Part shown: positions 31,240 to 45,268 of the stretch, one piece after another
How positions within the stretch are numbered: the stretch's first letter is position 1
How the letters are laid out: each line of letters opens with the position of its first letter
From: the human T2T-CHM13v2.0 reference genome, Homo sapiens
NCBI RefSeq assembly: GCF_009914755.1
Contig: NC_060929.1
Reading direction: 5' to 3' (one strand)
Length of the DNA: 64,000 nucleotides
Notes under the pieces: generated by a model
What the model was told of the DNA's origin: nothing
The model's input: the letters and a program-made list of their open reading frames with translations, nothing else
Databases searched by the model: none
Program-made: the position numbers and the translations under genes

Positions 31240-31245
31240 TTTATT
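31240..31245 (-). terminator. Probable distal F2RL2 polyadenylation signal (AATAAA), implying a ~2.1 kb 3'UTR
   Basis: tttatt on + strand = AATAAA on -; usage is inferred. Confidence 0.6.
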
Positions 31246-31380
31246 GTTTTGTTGGGCAGTATGAAATATACAGTCAAGGCAGATTCGTACAGACTTGTAA
31301 AGTCATCTCAGGAACCTTTTATGCTTAAAGTTTCCTCAGCCCCATTTATATTCACTACTATCATTCACTCTTTACCACTC

Positions 31381-31457
31381 ATATCTTCCCTGCTGTCTAA
31401 TCACTAATATCTTCCCTCCTGTCTAATCACTAATGTCTTCCTTCCTGTCTAATCACT
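31381..31457. repeat. 26 bp tandem repeat, 3 copies
   Basis: atatcttccctgctgtctaatcacta / atatcttccctcctgtctaatcacta / atgtcttccttcctgtctaatcact. Confidence 0.92.
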
Positions 31458-32309
31458 GAGTTAAGGGAAAAATAGTCATTTACTTACAGGAATATAATGG
31501 GTATTAATAACAAAATTCCATTTCCCCATTAAAAGCTATGTCTAAGAAAAAAAATAGTGGAGGCATTATTTAAAACTTCTAAATGGCCTGGTGAGTATAG
31601 TCTTAGTTTAGCTTCCTTACTTTTTTGTATTCCCAACCTGAAATGATGTCATCCCGTATCATCACAGTATGTTGCTTTTTCAGTACGAAGTTAATGGGCT
31701 TTCCTGCTGTTTAACTGCTTTGAGATTTTAAAAATTCATTCAGCCACATAGTATTCAAAGCATGGAGCTGGGTGCCACAAAGACTTGGGCCTGGCATCAC
31801 CCAGAAGCTCAAGGAAGGCAGAGGATGAGCACCTTCTCCATTATACTTGGTACTTGATTGTTCATGGAATTAAAATTTAAATATAAATGAACTATATATA
31901 AACGCCATAATAAAAATATACGAAAGTGCTTTGGAAGTACAGATAAGAAAAGTGACACTTCTAGCCTGAGAATCAGGGAAGAATGGTCCTTCAAGGACTT
32001 GAAAAAATGAACAGAATTAAGGCAAAGACGTTAGGACTAGCTTTTCAGTCTGAGGCAGAGTGGAGATATAGCAGAGCAAGAGGTTTGGTTGGTGCCTATA
32101 TCATAAGCAAGGTTTAATGGGAAGTGTGATTAGCAAGTTAGCCTTGAATGCCAGGCTAAAGATTTATGATTTATTATAGAAACAGTGGAGTTAGTGGAAA
32201 TGTTTTAGTGATGTATCCTAACTGATATCTAAGGAAGATTAATCTGGCAGGACTTGTGAAGTGGTGGAGGGTAGGCTGGCAGTGGAGAGAATGGTTAGAA
32301 GGTAGAGGT

Positions 32310-32612
32310 GGCCTGGGCGTAGTGGCTCATGCCTGTAGTCCCAGCACTTTGGGAGGCTGAGATAGGAAGATCACTCGAGACCAGGAGTTCAAGACCAGCC
32401 TGGGCAACAGTGAGACTCCATCTCTGCAAAAAATAAAAAATAAAATTAGTTGGGTATGGTGGTGCATGCCTGTAGTCTTAGTTACTTGGGAGGCTGAGAC
32501 AGCAGGATTGCTTGAGCCCAGGAGTTGGAGGCTGAAGTGAGCTATGATCAGGCTACTGCACTTCAGCCAGGTGACGAAGCGAGACACTGTCTCTATTAAA
32601 AAAAGGAAAAAA
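32310..32612 (+). mobile_element. AluJ in the probable F2RL2 3'UTR
   Basis: Diverged dimer. Confidence 0.88.
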
Positions 32613-32905
32613 GAAGGCAAAGGTGAAACTAGATAAAAGACCCTGGTGAGGGACCCTACAAAGATAGAATCAGTTGATGAGGCAGCCACCAGCATGAGAG
32701 TCAAAAGAGACCAAAGAATAAAAAATGATGTCAAATGTCAAGGATGGCAATACCACTCGCAGAAATAGGGAAGATGGTGATTTAAAGAGCTTGAAGTAGC
32801 AATAAGGCAAATGGAAATGTCATTTTCCATAGAGTTGTGATATCTTTTCTCCTGCATTAACATTTTTAAAATACTGATAAAGTGTTTTTAAAAATTACTA
32901 ATGCT

Positions 32906-33183
32906 GGCTGGCTCAGTGGCTCACGCCTGTAATCCAGCACTTTGGGAGGCTGAGGCCGGAAGATCACTTGAGGTCAGGAGTTCAAGACCAGCCTGGTCAA
33001 CATGGTGAAACCCCGTCTCTACTAAAAATACAAGTATTTTTAGTAGCTGGGCATGGTGGTGTAATCCCAGCTACTTGGGAGGCTGACCTGGGAGGCAGAG
33101 GTTGCAATGAGCCAAGATAGTGCCACTGCACGCCAGTCTGGGTGATAAAGTGAGACTCAGTCTCAAAAACAAACAAACAAACT
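32906..33183 (+). mobile_element. AluS in the probable F2RL2 3'UTR
   Basis: Dimer with small deletions; TSD actaatgct. Confidence 0.9.
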
Positions 33184-33322
33184 ACTAATGCTTTTGTAAT
33201 GTTTGACCTTTGAAGCATATTTCTTAGGAGCTCGGAAATGGAGCTCCTTGCACTATGCTTATGTTGTTCTTGAAAACAGACGTTCTCTGTGATGGCTGTC
33301 CTTGTTCTCTAAGATCATTTCA

Positions 33323-34383
33323 CTATTTTGTAAGGTAAGCAGTGGAGTGATTTCTGGTTTTTGACATGAGAAAATAAAGGAATGGATCTAAGCAACTATT
33401 AAGACTACCCAGGCACAAAGCTATGAGATATATAAAATATAAGCCATCAGTGTTGTTGTAGTAGTAGTTAGCATGGTGAATAATAAGAATAATATTGCTT
33501 GGAGCAAAGCAAATGGTAAAAATCACAAGGATGAGGAGACTCGCCTTAACATACCACAACCATCTATGATCGTATGCATTAAGTGTCCGGATGATGGCTG
33601 CATAGCAGTAGATGATAAGCACAAATGGAATTAAGAATCCAAAGAATGCCAAGGAGATGAAGTAATAGAGTTGGAAGGGAGATGAGGACTCGCAAGTGTT
33701 GTGAACATCATGGCAGGTGGTGATGTCTGGCTGAACAAGATAATATTCCTGCTTCAGTATGAAAAATGGCAGCATATATAAGAAAACTGTTGCCCACACC
33801 AGTCCACATGTTACCAAGGCATAGGTGTGCTTGGGCAGGCCCCGGTAGGTGAAAGGATGGACGATGGCCAGGTAGCGGTTGATGCTGATGCAGGCAAGGA
33901 GCAGAATGGAGCAGTACATGTTGCCATAGAAGATGACTGTGGTGGCCCGGCACAGGACCTCTCCAAATACCCAGTTGTTCCCATTGAGATGATAAGCTAT
34001 CTTAAAGGGCAATGTAACACAAAAAAGAAAATCTGCAATGGCCAGGTTGGTGTAGAATACAGTGGTACAGATGGATCTGGTCCTGAAGAAAAGCATCCAC
34101 AGGGTCACAGCATTGGCCGGGACACCAACTACAAACACCAGGAGGTAGATGGCAGGTATCAGTTTAGTACTTAAGGAGCTGGTCAGGTACCCCATGGTAG
34201 CATTTTTCACATGGAGATGTGAAGCACTTTCTTCAGGGCACTTAATTTTTACAGTAATCGTGGCTCCTGTCCAGCCTTCCAAGGCAGAAAAGGGGAACTC
34301 TTCAAAAGAATTTGGGGGAGCTCCACGAAAGGTCTTAATGGGTAAGGTTGGCTTTGCCAAGTTGTTTGTATCATTTTCCATGC
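33323..34383 (-). CDS. F2RL2: F2RL2 (proteinase-activated receptor 3) coding exon 2; spliced product 374 aa class A GPCR
   Basis: Acceptor cag|GC ATG; thrombin site [10 protein letters not shown], hirudin-like FEEFP, 7 TM segments, INRY, ECL2 ITTCHDV, DPFLY, short C-tail; 64+1061=1125 nt. Confidence 0.98.
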
Positions 34384-35135
34384 CTGTAATTGAAAGAAAG
34401 TATTAACATAAATGTATAGTTCAAGAGAAAAGAAAGTGTGTTTAATTATTTGTAAATAATTTCTGTGATTGTAGAATTTAAGATCATTTTTATTTTAAAA
34501 AGTTATTGTAGATTAGGCAGTCAACAAGCATATATTTAATACATATCATATGCCCCAGAACAACACTATCTTGTGCGGAAACAAAAACTAAATGATCAGT
34601 CCTTGTATGTAAAGTGTTTATAATACTATTAGAAGAAACAAAAACAGCCCATCAGAACATTATAGGCATGTTGACTACAAACTATACAGGCATTCAGACA
34701 ATACTTAATAGATTCAGATGTTTGAGCAAAATGTCAAGGAAAAGATGAACTTGAGCAAAGACTAGCAAGGTACCTAAAAAGATGGAATTTAATGAGTAAG
34801 ATTCTGCTGGTGATGAATGGACAGAAGCATAGTGTGGGCTATCATGGGATCTGGGAATGCCAGATAAGTTGATTTAGCAAATTTTTATTGTACATTGATG
34901 TGTCAGTGGTGTAAAGTTTTAAATAAAATCCATTTCTATCTGTAAGTAATGCTACTCGTGGAGAAGATGCATAAAAATGCATTGTCTTATGCGAATAAAG
35001 TGCAGCTGAGAAAGGAAATTGAAAGAGTGGGTGACAGCTAAATTCCTGAAGGGCCTCTAAACTGTCCTAAGAAATCATATGTCTATTCACAGATGATGGG
35101 ATTGCACACACAATTTTGAACAGAGGAATGACCAT

Positions 35136-35904
<769 letters not shown>

Positions 35905-37643
35905 GCCGTTATTTTGACTTGTTTTTAAGATGACTTAGGTAATAGTGTAGAGAACAGATTGGAAAGGTAAGAAATTACAGGCAAGGGGACCTGATTTGGA
36001 GGCTACTGTCATCATTCATAGCTCAGTGAGTTACTGAGCTAGAACAGTGGTTATGGAAAGGCAGAGGCGAACACGTGAGACTCTGATGGCGGCTTAAAGG
36101 GACTTGGTGTCTGATTGGCTTTGGGGTGCAGTGAGGGAGAGGCAGGAAGCAATAATGACTCAGGTTTCTACTCTAGATGACTTGGAGGGAGAGGATGCCA
36201 TTAACTGAGTTGGAGGGAGACAAGGAGACAGGATCGGGGAGAAGCTACAATCTGTTTTTAGTCTGACTGAGGATGAGTTGCTGGTGGAATATTAGTGTGT
36301 AAAATGTCCAGCAACTGGTTAGAAGACTGGATGTGGGTCCAAAATTCCAGAAGCCCAAATTAGAGGCATGATTTATTGTAGTCTGCATGGAGGCTCTCGT
36401 TTAATTTAATGGGAGTGGTTGAGATGGCCTAGGGGGAGTTATGAGAAGAAAGAATCCAAAGGTGGACTTTAGGGGTAATGACAGATTTTAAGGGAAGAGG
36501 AAACAAAGGAGGAAAAATCGGAAGATGAAATCGGTATGAGGACCTAAGAAGTTGGAAATGAATTCTTTAAAAGATAGAAACACATCAACTATATGCTATC
36601 AATATTTGGTGTTACTTGGCATGTTGATGTTAATAATCCTAATTCCTGCAATTTCAAAAACAAAATCTTAAAGCTCAAACCTGAACATTTATTATTATAT
36701 AACTTTTTGTAACCCTTTCACATGTATAGAAAATAGATTCTCCCAGATTTCTAATGTTACCTTTAAGATAGACTTCTATGCCAAATATAAACCTCATTCT
36801 TATCGATTTAAAATGCCAGTACTGCGCCATTATGTCTTGTCCCATGGCCTCAAAATTCCTCCATATTGAATACTTGAAGTTAGTGTTTAGTAACCTATGT
36901 TTCATTCAGAGCCAGTTTCTCTTCCTGCTTTAATCTCTAGCAGTTAGCTCCCGGGTGAAATGGAAACCCTCCACGTAAACCTGAGATTGCACAAGCTGAA
37001 TTCACGGTGTAAAATAGAGGAGGTGTGTCCTAGTAACTGAGGGGTATGGAGGTGATCAGGTATCATTTAAGAAAAGGTAGATTAAAGAAAAGGAAAGAAA
37101 AATTTGGGAGGCAGCATTCTTCTATGCCTGTATTTAGAGGTGATCTTAGAAGCTGTGTTGTGTGACACACAAACCCTTCTGCTCACTTTTGCATTTTGGA
37201 AAAGTTCTTGCATCTGACTTCACCCAAAGAGAAGTGCCTTTAAAGATAGGCACAAAGTTAGAGAATGGTGCCTGAAGAGCATGCCGTACAAGTTATTAGC
37301 CTGATTTTAAAAAGCTGTTAAAACCAAGTGTTTGTCCGTTTTCAGAAAGTTTCTGGGATTTAGCAAGACATCATGCCTCCAGACATGCCAAACAGTGCCT
37401 GTGTTTTGTGGAAAAGTTGATTTGATTCCATTTTCCGTGAGAATGCCAGATCTGGGTCCACTTAAATAAGGCTTTTATTCCTCAGAGCCTGGTTTTCCTT
37501 ATGAATTGTACTCATTGTTAAATTTTTTTATTGTATTTTAATTCTTTATGGAGGCTTCCATTGGGCATAATATTTCGGAAATGTTTTTCTATCCGGGAAA
37601 AGGCCTTGAAGAACTAATCCAAAGAGAATGAACTCCAGCCTCT

Positions 37644-37835
37644 CAGGGGTGTCCAAGGGAGAGAATACAGTCATGGATTCATAGTTTCTGTTTCTAGTTG
37701 AGCCAGTAAAGCCCCTTCCTCATCCCTCTTTTCCATTTACCTCTAGAGACAGAAACTAAAAACCATGGCTTCAGGCTGCTAAAAGCCTAAAACAAAACAA
37801 AACCACAACGAAATAAGGCAGGTTGGACAAGCTTG
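37644..37835. mobile_element. hAT-Charlie MITE (MER107/MER30-like)
   Basis: Termini CAGGGGTGTCCAA ... TTGGACAAGCTTG; internal inverted repeat. Confidence 0.65.
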
Positions 37836-38908
37836 CTTCATTCTTCCTTCACATTTCTCCCCCACCCCATGGAAGAAAGCAAATTCACTGCCTCTTTGTT
37901 TCCTTCAGAGGCCCCCGTTTTCACCTCCATCAAACCCTATTAGCGTCTTGAAGGAACCACCCCCGAAAACCTTGCTTCTTTTGCAATTCTGCTTCTCAAC
38001 ATATTGGCCCATCTACTCCCAGAAAGAGCATGCACTTATTATATTCATAAATCCCACATGTGCTTACTGCTAATCACCACAGATTCTCTTAGAGCTCTCT
38101 GCAACCGCTCAGGGATTCCAAATGTGAATTTAAGCAATGTTCCTTTAGAAAGCATTGATTTCTGTTTTTGTTTCCCTTGCTATGTCCAGTCTTTGCCTCT
38201 CCCACTCCTAACAATGTTGACTGGAGTGTGTGACCTAACAAAGAGTAACAGGTACAGACCTATCCCAAATTTGTTATTTTTGGAAAAAGCAGGAGGTTTC
38301 AGGCTAACATTGTGATGGGTAAAGTGGAAAGTACATTCAAAGTTGAATAATAGTATTTGGGAGACCTTATTTTTAAAATTAAAAAATCATATATGAGGGT
38401 AGGGAGAACTCCCCACTTAAAGTCAAAAAAGGTCATTCATTTCGGAAATACTGACTTATTAGCATTGCCAGCTATTGAAAGCAGATGACTTTCTCTTTCT
38501 GGCAGTATTCTTGTTTCTCCCATTTATGTCTCACCAAGAGGTTTAAACACAGGATATATATTTTAATCCCTAGAAAAAGTGCCATCTTTGCTTAACCAGA
38601 AGAGAAATTCTTACAAACACAAAAACGACTTTCAAAATTGCTCCCTGACTTAATTGTAGACATCTAAAATCTTGAATATGCCACACATTTTTAAACATCA
38701 GGAGGGAACACTTAGTCTATGACCAGGTTTGAATAGAGTGAATGAACTATAGATGTTCATTTCCATGATTCTACCTTTTAATAATAAAGATCAAACTGCC
38801 TTTGGGGTTTACAGTTTGTGTGAGATGCAAAGAAACCTAGGTTCAGTTGACTCTTAATTTGTAACAGAAACCCACATCCCCATCCTACCCCCTGAGAAAA
38901 TTGCTTAC

Positions 38909-38972
38909 CACTCTGACAAAAAGTGGGCAACAGAAGCAGGAGGCCAGCAGCTGCAAAGATGAGGGCTTTCAT
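38909..38972 (-). CDS. F2RL2: F2RL2 (PAR3) coding exon 1: signal peptide
   Basis: MKALIFAAAGLLLLLPTFCQS-G then minus-strand donor G|gtaagc; 64 nt, phase 1. Confidence 0.97.
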
Positions 38973-39099
38973 TTTGATGACCTGAGTCCCGTCTCTTAAA
39001 CGTTATGAAATCTGTAAAATCATGGAGCACAATTTCACCTCAGTTCCATGTGTCAGCAGCAAATGGAAGCCTTGGTCTGTCTGTAGAAGTTTGCTCTCC

Positions 39100-39760
39100 T
39101 GTGCCGTGCAGGCAGGAAACTTGCCCTGGTCCTCCGCAGGGAAAGGATGTAATCCACTCGATGCTTCAGTAAGCATGACTCAGGCCAAGCCTCTGAACGT
39201 GTTACGTTATCCCTGGAGAAAGGCATTTAACTCTTACCCACCCCCAACAATCTATTCTGAATAGGTGCTGTAATTCTCCCCTAGTAGATTTGCTTTTAAA
39301 GAATGGCAGAAATTACACAGGCCTTTACAGAACTAAGCCAAAAACAGATGTTGAACAGCAGTAAGTTTTGAATCTGTCCCACATTTCATTTCTTATCCGT
39401 TTTAAAAATGCAGTTCCAGAGTGTAATTTCTACTTAATAAATTATCCTTTCCTTTATCTTCCCAGCTATTTCAAATCTTAATCCTTAAACACTTTACATA
39501 ATTATAAATTAATCATGGAAAACAAACTTTTAAGAAATTCAAATTGAGCAGTGAATCACTTTGAAAATTTTCTATCAGTGTAATATTGATTTCAGTTTGT
39601 CGTCAGTGCCTGGCCAGAACCTGGCTTTTGAGTGGTGGTGGTTTTTCTTCGCCGGGTGAGGATGGCGTTTGTTCAGGCTTTTTTTTTTTTTTTTTGCCTT
39701 ATCTTGATGTGTTTTGAGCCATTCAATAACCCTTAGGGTCAGATAACTGGAGGAACCTCC
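39100..39760 (-). promoter_or_regulatory. F2RL2 promoter region
   Basis: Directly upstream of exon 1; AP-1 TGACTCA 39176-39182; WGATAA sites at 39454-39459, 39699-39704 and 39741-39746; TSS not directly visible. Confidence 0.55.
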
Positions 39761-40534
39761 CAAACAACGCTGTTCAGTTAAACTAAAATCATAGCACATC
39801 ATGAAAATGAGGACTCCCTTTATTCCATGAGTGTTGGTGAATAAGTCTACAATAAGATATTTTTAATAGTGGTAAAATATACGTAACATAAAATTTACTA
39901 TCTTAACCAGTATTAAGTGTACAGTTCAGTAATGTTAAATACATTCACATTGTTGTACAACATATAAGCTTTTATGAATTGTTATATTCTGTAGAGTATG
40001 ACTTAATATACAGTAAAAAAATGCATTATAACACATTTTTCTGTAGTTAATAAAACTTAAACTTGAAGCCTGACCATCCCACAGCCTGCTCTTTACAAAA
40101 TGCAGCAAGAATCAGAAAATACAAATTTCACATGAGACTTAAAGGCTAGGGATATGCTAGGAAGAAATTGATCTGCGGAAACCTTTCACATCTTGATTAA
40201 ATTACATTAGACCAAGATTTTTACAAAGGTCAGTGTTTAATACTTCAACTACATAATATATGGTTATACAAACTGAGATAGAATGTTATTATATTGCAGA
40301 AATATAAAACCTAAAATATTGACAAAGGTTTTTTTTGTTTCATTAGAACTTTTCTGGGAGTTATCTAAATTCAGGAATTTATGACTTGATTTGCACATGG
40401 CCTAGTTTCTGGTCATTTAATTCATTTGTAACTCTTATGTTGAACCTGGCTGTTTAACTGAAGTGGAGGTGTGGCCGTCCCATAAATATACTATTATTTT
40501 CAGTCTTCTGGTGAACAACTGAAAAAGCAGACTT

Positions 40535-40812
40535 GGCTGGGCACAGTGGCTCATGCCTGTAATCCCAGCACTTTGTAAGGCTGAGGTGGGGGGATCACTT
40601 GAGGTCAGGAGTTTGAGACCAGCCTGACCAACATGGTGAAACCCCATCTCTACTAAAAATGCAAAAATTAGCTGAGCGTGGTGGCGGGCGCCTGTTATCC
40701 CAGCTACTTGGGAGGCTGAGGCAGGAGAATAGCTTGACCCTGAGAGGCGGAGGTTGCAGTGAGCAAGCCTGGGTGACAGAGCAACACTCCATCTCAAAAA
40801 TAAAATAAATAA
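40535..40812 (+). mobile_element. AluS
   Basis: Dimer with a short right-arm deletion; TSD aaaaagcagactt. Confidence 0.92.
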
Positions 40813-41989
40813 GAAAAAGCAGACTTTACATTGATAAGATTCAGCTTTTACTTTTGGTTTTACATTTAACTCTAGTAATCGTTAGTTCAATGTTTCATAA
40901 TTTAAACCGTTGACTTAAATTCATCTGATTTGTAATTTCTCTCTTCAGTTTGGCCTATAAGACTAATACTTTAAGCTTTGAAGTAAGATTGTTACTGCCT
41001 TCTCATCTGGGTAGAAATCTGTGTGGTGTATCTTCTACAGTGATAAGTTATGAAGGAAGGCAAATACCCTTCAAAAGAACTGAGACACATAAATGAACTC
41101 ATAGAGCTTAGTTTTTAGGTTATAGCTGGGGAGTGTTGGGTTCTCTTAGATCTTGTAAACAGAGAAAAATTAGCTCCTGCTTCCCTGTCTCTTTTTTTCC
41201 TCCTCTAGTCTTCCCCTTTCCACCCGGCTTCCTGTTTGAGCCTCCCCCATCCATTCTTGAAAGAAATGGAAAATCTTGCTGATGCTTCCCTTGTAGTCTG
41301 CCGCATAGCTAGAGGTGATTGTGGAAGCAGGCACCAACATTTCCCCAGAGGTCTCCTTTAGCCCAGATGTTGCACGATGAAATAACAGATAGTTTATCTC
41401 ATTTTCAGAGCCCTTTCCACATGCATTATCTCACGTTAACCTCTGAGGAAAATAGTGTTAGAAGCCTGCCAGAGGAACCAGTGACTATTTCCTCTCCTTC
41501 CTGCCCCCATCCATCTTAAGTTTTAAATGACGGAGTCGGTGCCAGATCCATTACCTTTCATTCATCACAGTCTTGACTTAGGATTTAGAACACGACACTT
41601 ATTCCTACACATAGGTAAAATGTTCCCATTTGTTAAATGTCACATGTTTCCTGAAAATATCTCTGCTGATAATTATTTACTTGCCATCTCAGAAAAGATT
41701 TTATAAAACACAATTGCTACCTGGAAGTTCCACTTAATATCTGTCAGGGCTGCTTTTGTAGCAGGACCATCAGAATCAACCCAAAGTTAAATAGGAATAT
41801 TTACCTATAATAGGAATAATGCAATACATTTTCATTGCTGCTGTTGCTTCCTTTCTAAAGCTATCTTTAACTACTTAGTCTTTGCTCCCCCTGCAACTTG
41901 ACACCTTTACCATAGGTTAACCCTTTCTCACCTATGTCTGGATCATGTGTCTGCAGTATATATTGCCCTGATCACATTGTATTATAATT

Positions 41990-42349
<360 letters not shown>

Positions 42350-43152
42350 TAGGTCCTTGAGGACAATCACCATGTTGTTGTTTGTTTTTAATTTTTGTCT
42401 CTGTGTCTGATAAATATCGACGATCCCTGTGTTTCTCTCAAATTAAAAATATCCCATGGTACCCTGGGACACCTTGACACTTAGTTTGGGAACCACAATA
42501 ATTGATTGAGGGAGAGAGTGTTTGACTAGGGTAGCCCGGGAAGACTTTTTGGAGTAGGTAGCATTTGAGTTGAGACCTGAATGGTGAGAAAAAGCCAACA
42601 GCCACACAGTGAGGGTAGAGTATTGTGGTCTGAAAGAGACTCGTGTGAAGGTCTAGAACAGGAAGGGGGAAGTAAACGGGTGTGAGGTGCAGCCAGAGAG
42701 GCAGTAGGCAGGGCCATGCCGTTGGAGCCCCGCCATCCCTGAGAAGGCACCCTGTGTTTCCTTCTAACTGCCGGGGGGAAGCCTTTGGGGAAGCTTTAAG
42801 TAGAGGAGTGGTGCACTGAGCTATCTATTTTGAAGGGATCCTCTGGGCCCTCTGTAGAGGGCCACTGTGGTGAGGGCAAGCTTAGATGCAGCAGAAGCTG
42901 CTAGGGGGCTGATGCAGCTGTCCAGTTGGGAGATGATGGGGGGCTGGACTAAAGAGTGGTGGGGAAGAAGGAGGAAGTGGTCGGGTTTGGGGTCTGCTTC
43001 ATTAGGAGTGTGTACAGTATATGGCAGAGCTGGATAGTTGCTGATTAAGAATTTGTGGGAATTATGATTAAATGGCTCCTCAAAAGCAGTTATTAATTCT
43101 GTTTCCTCATCATTCACTCTTCTTTCTTTTTATTCTGTGACATTGTCCCCAG

Positions 43153-43243
43153 GACTCTGAGAGTGTTTCCAAAGTGCTTTGGCTGGATGAGATACAGCAA
43201 GCCGTCGATGAGGCCAACGTGGACGAGGACAGAGCAAAACAAT
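43153..43243 (+). CDS. IQGAP2: IQGAP2 coding exon (inferred 14); 91 nt
   Basis: tccccag| ... CAAT|gtaagc; DSESVSKVLWLDEIQQAVDEANVDEDRAKQ. Confidence 0.94.
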
Positions 43244-43582
43244 GTAAGCCCTCACCTCCTTTGCTCTTGAAACTTGCCTTTTTGGATTTGGTTATGTGCC
43301 TGAAGTCATGTGATTTTTAATTTCTGAAAGATTTGGATTCTTACCAAGTTTTAGTTCTTGGACACATAATTATACCGAAATTAGTTGGTTGCCCTATTGT
43401 CAGTGATTTGACTCTATCTCCAACAAAATGTAACAATGTTGCTGAACAAAATCCAGAAGGTAAAAAATAGTTTTTAAGCTCTCAAATTGTATAATTGAAT
43501 AAAATTCTTTTTTTCTCTTGATTTTTAGAGAACTAGACCATTTCTACTTAATAAATGCCTTTTTCTCCTTTCCATGGCCTTT

Positions 43583-44203
43583 ATAGTTACCAGGGTTTTC
43601 CGCAGAAACAGAACCAATAGGAGACCTATGGAGTTGGCTAGCTGATCATGGTGCAACTAGAAGTGAAATAGACTGGCAGTCTACTCAATTCTTACTTAAT
43701 CTGTACAACTGGATGAGTTTTGGGTCAAGCAAACAGAAGTCTACCTTGAATCATAAAAATAGTCATGGACCCTCAATCAAATCCCAGAATGGGGCCAGTT
43801 TACAAACCCAGAACCCCTCAAATGAAGGGAAGGCCAGGCCCCTTGAGGAAAAACTCAGCTACTCTACCAAAAATTTATACTGTTAGTCTTTCTTCCACCC
43901 CTCCCCCAAAGGGACCAATGGCCTTTTACCAGGGTGACTGTACTTAGGAGAAAGTACATAATCAGACTTTTGGGAATTAGTGGACACTTGCTCTGAACTG
44001 ACACTAATTCCAAGAGGCCCAAAACATAACTGTGGTCCACCAGTCAATGTAGGGGTTTGTGGAGGTCAGGTGATGAATAGAATATTAGCTCAGATCCATC
44101 TCACAGTGGGTCCCTAAACTCTTTCTGTGGTTACTTCCCCACTTCTGGAGTGCATAATCGGAATAGGCATAATCAGCAACTGGCAGAATCCCCACATTGG
44201 TTC
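43583..44203 (+). mobile_element. ERV-L internal gag-pro fragment preceded by an inverted MLT2 LTR end
   Basis: Degenerate protease motif LVDTCSELTLIP at ~43977-44012; CAGGGTTTTCCGCAGAAACAGAACCAATAGGA resembles an MLT2 terminus. Confidence 0.7.
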
Positions 44204-45268
44204 AAATGATAAAATTGTTTAACCCTCTGTTTTTAAGGAAGAATAACATGAAAATTCACATGATAGTCTGAAATAGCTTCTAAATTGCTATACTAACATT
44301 CTCCATATATAAATTAAGATTCCTAAAAATATATTTCACTAACCTGCCAACTGATGGCATAATTAGAATCTATTCTGTTGTATCAGTTCAGAGAAGGTTC
44401 TTAAGATGACTTTGTCTTACTCCACAGATGGGCTTTTCAACCTCGGAAGCATCTGTGAGAAACATCTGGGCTTTATCTCCTTAGCTTAGAAAAATGTGTG
44501 TATTTCTCTAACCTGAACTTTTATTCCCTAAGGAACTTTGAAGTCTTTCCTTTCTAGCACGCCTTAAGAAAAAAATAATGAAGTGGAGGTGTGTATATAA
44601 GAAATTTCAACTTAAATATAAAACTGAAGGAAGCCATGGTCTGAAGAGACAGTTTTGAGAAAGTAGATTGTAATTTAGACATTCAAATAGCCTAAGATGG
44701 TTATGATTTGTCTCTTAGAAATCAAACCAATTTAGAAGGTTTTTAAAATGTTCTTATATTCATTGTTCTTACATTTGGCCTGCAAATGTCAAGTTGATTC
44801 TGTTTTTCACATTGAGACTCATGGTTCTATTGACTATAAAAGTAAGAGGATTTCTCAAATGTATAATTTTGTACTCTGTATTGCACATCTATAATCCTAT
44901 CTTTTCACTCTGTCCTGTCCCTTAAAGAGCTGATATACTTTCTTTTACTATATCTTAAACAGCAAAAAAGATTTTCCAAAGTTAATGCTACCTATGAGAA
45001 TTTTCTGACTTTCAACAAGAATTTGATTAAAAACATTCTTCATTATTTGCATGAAGACTTGAAATAGATTCTGGTCACACACTATAAGCATCACACACAC
45101 TCTCAGATAATATGATAAAAGAAAATGTGTTGGCCCAAATATGTTACCACCAGCAAAATTTAAAAGGGCAGAGTAACTCAAGTCCCTTTCATTTTGGCCC
45201 AGTGTTCACATTCACTGGAGTATCTTGCTTGCTTAAAGTAGATTTGCCTCTACTTTTGATTCCTTAGA

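Noticed and set aside
31381-31457. Repeat array as CRISPR-like
   Set aside because: Head-to-tail copies with no spacers, in a mammalian intron/UTR context
33323-34381. 352 aa ORF as a complete single-exon gene
   Set aside because: A splice acceptor lies 2 nt upstream and the signal-peptide exon at 38909-38972 completes the 374 aa PAR3
33708-34406. Overlapping and antisense ORFs within F2RL2 (81, 115 and 85 aa)
   Set aside because: Shadow frames of a real coding exon; no recognisable domain
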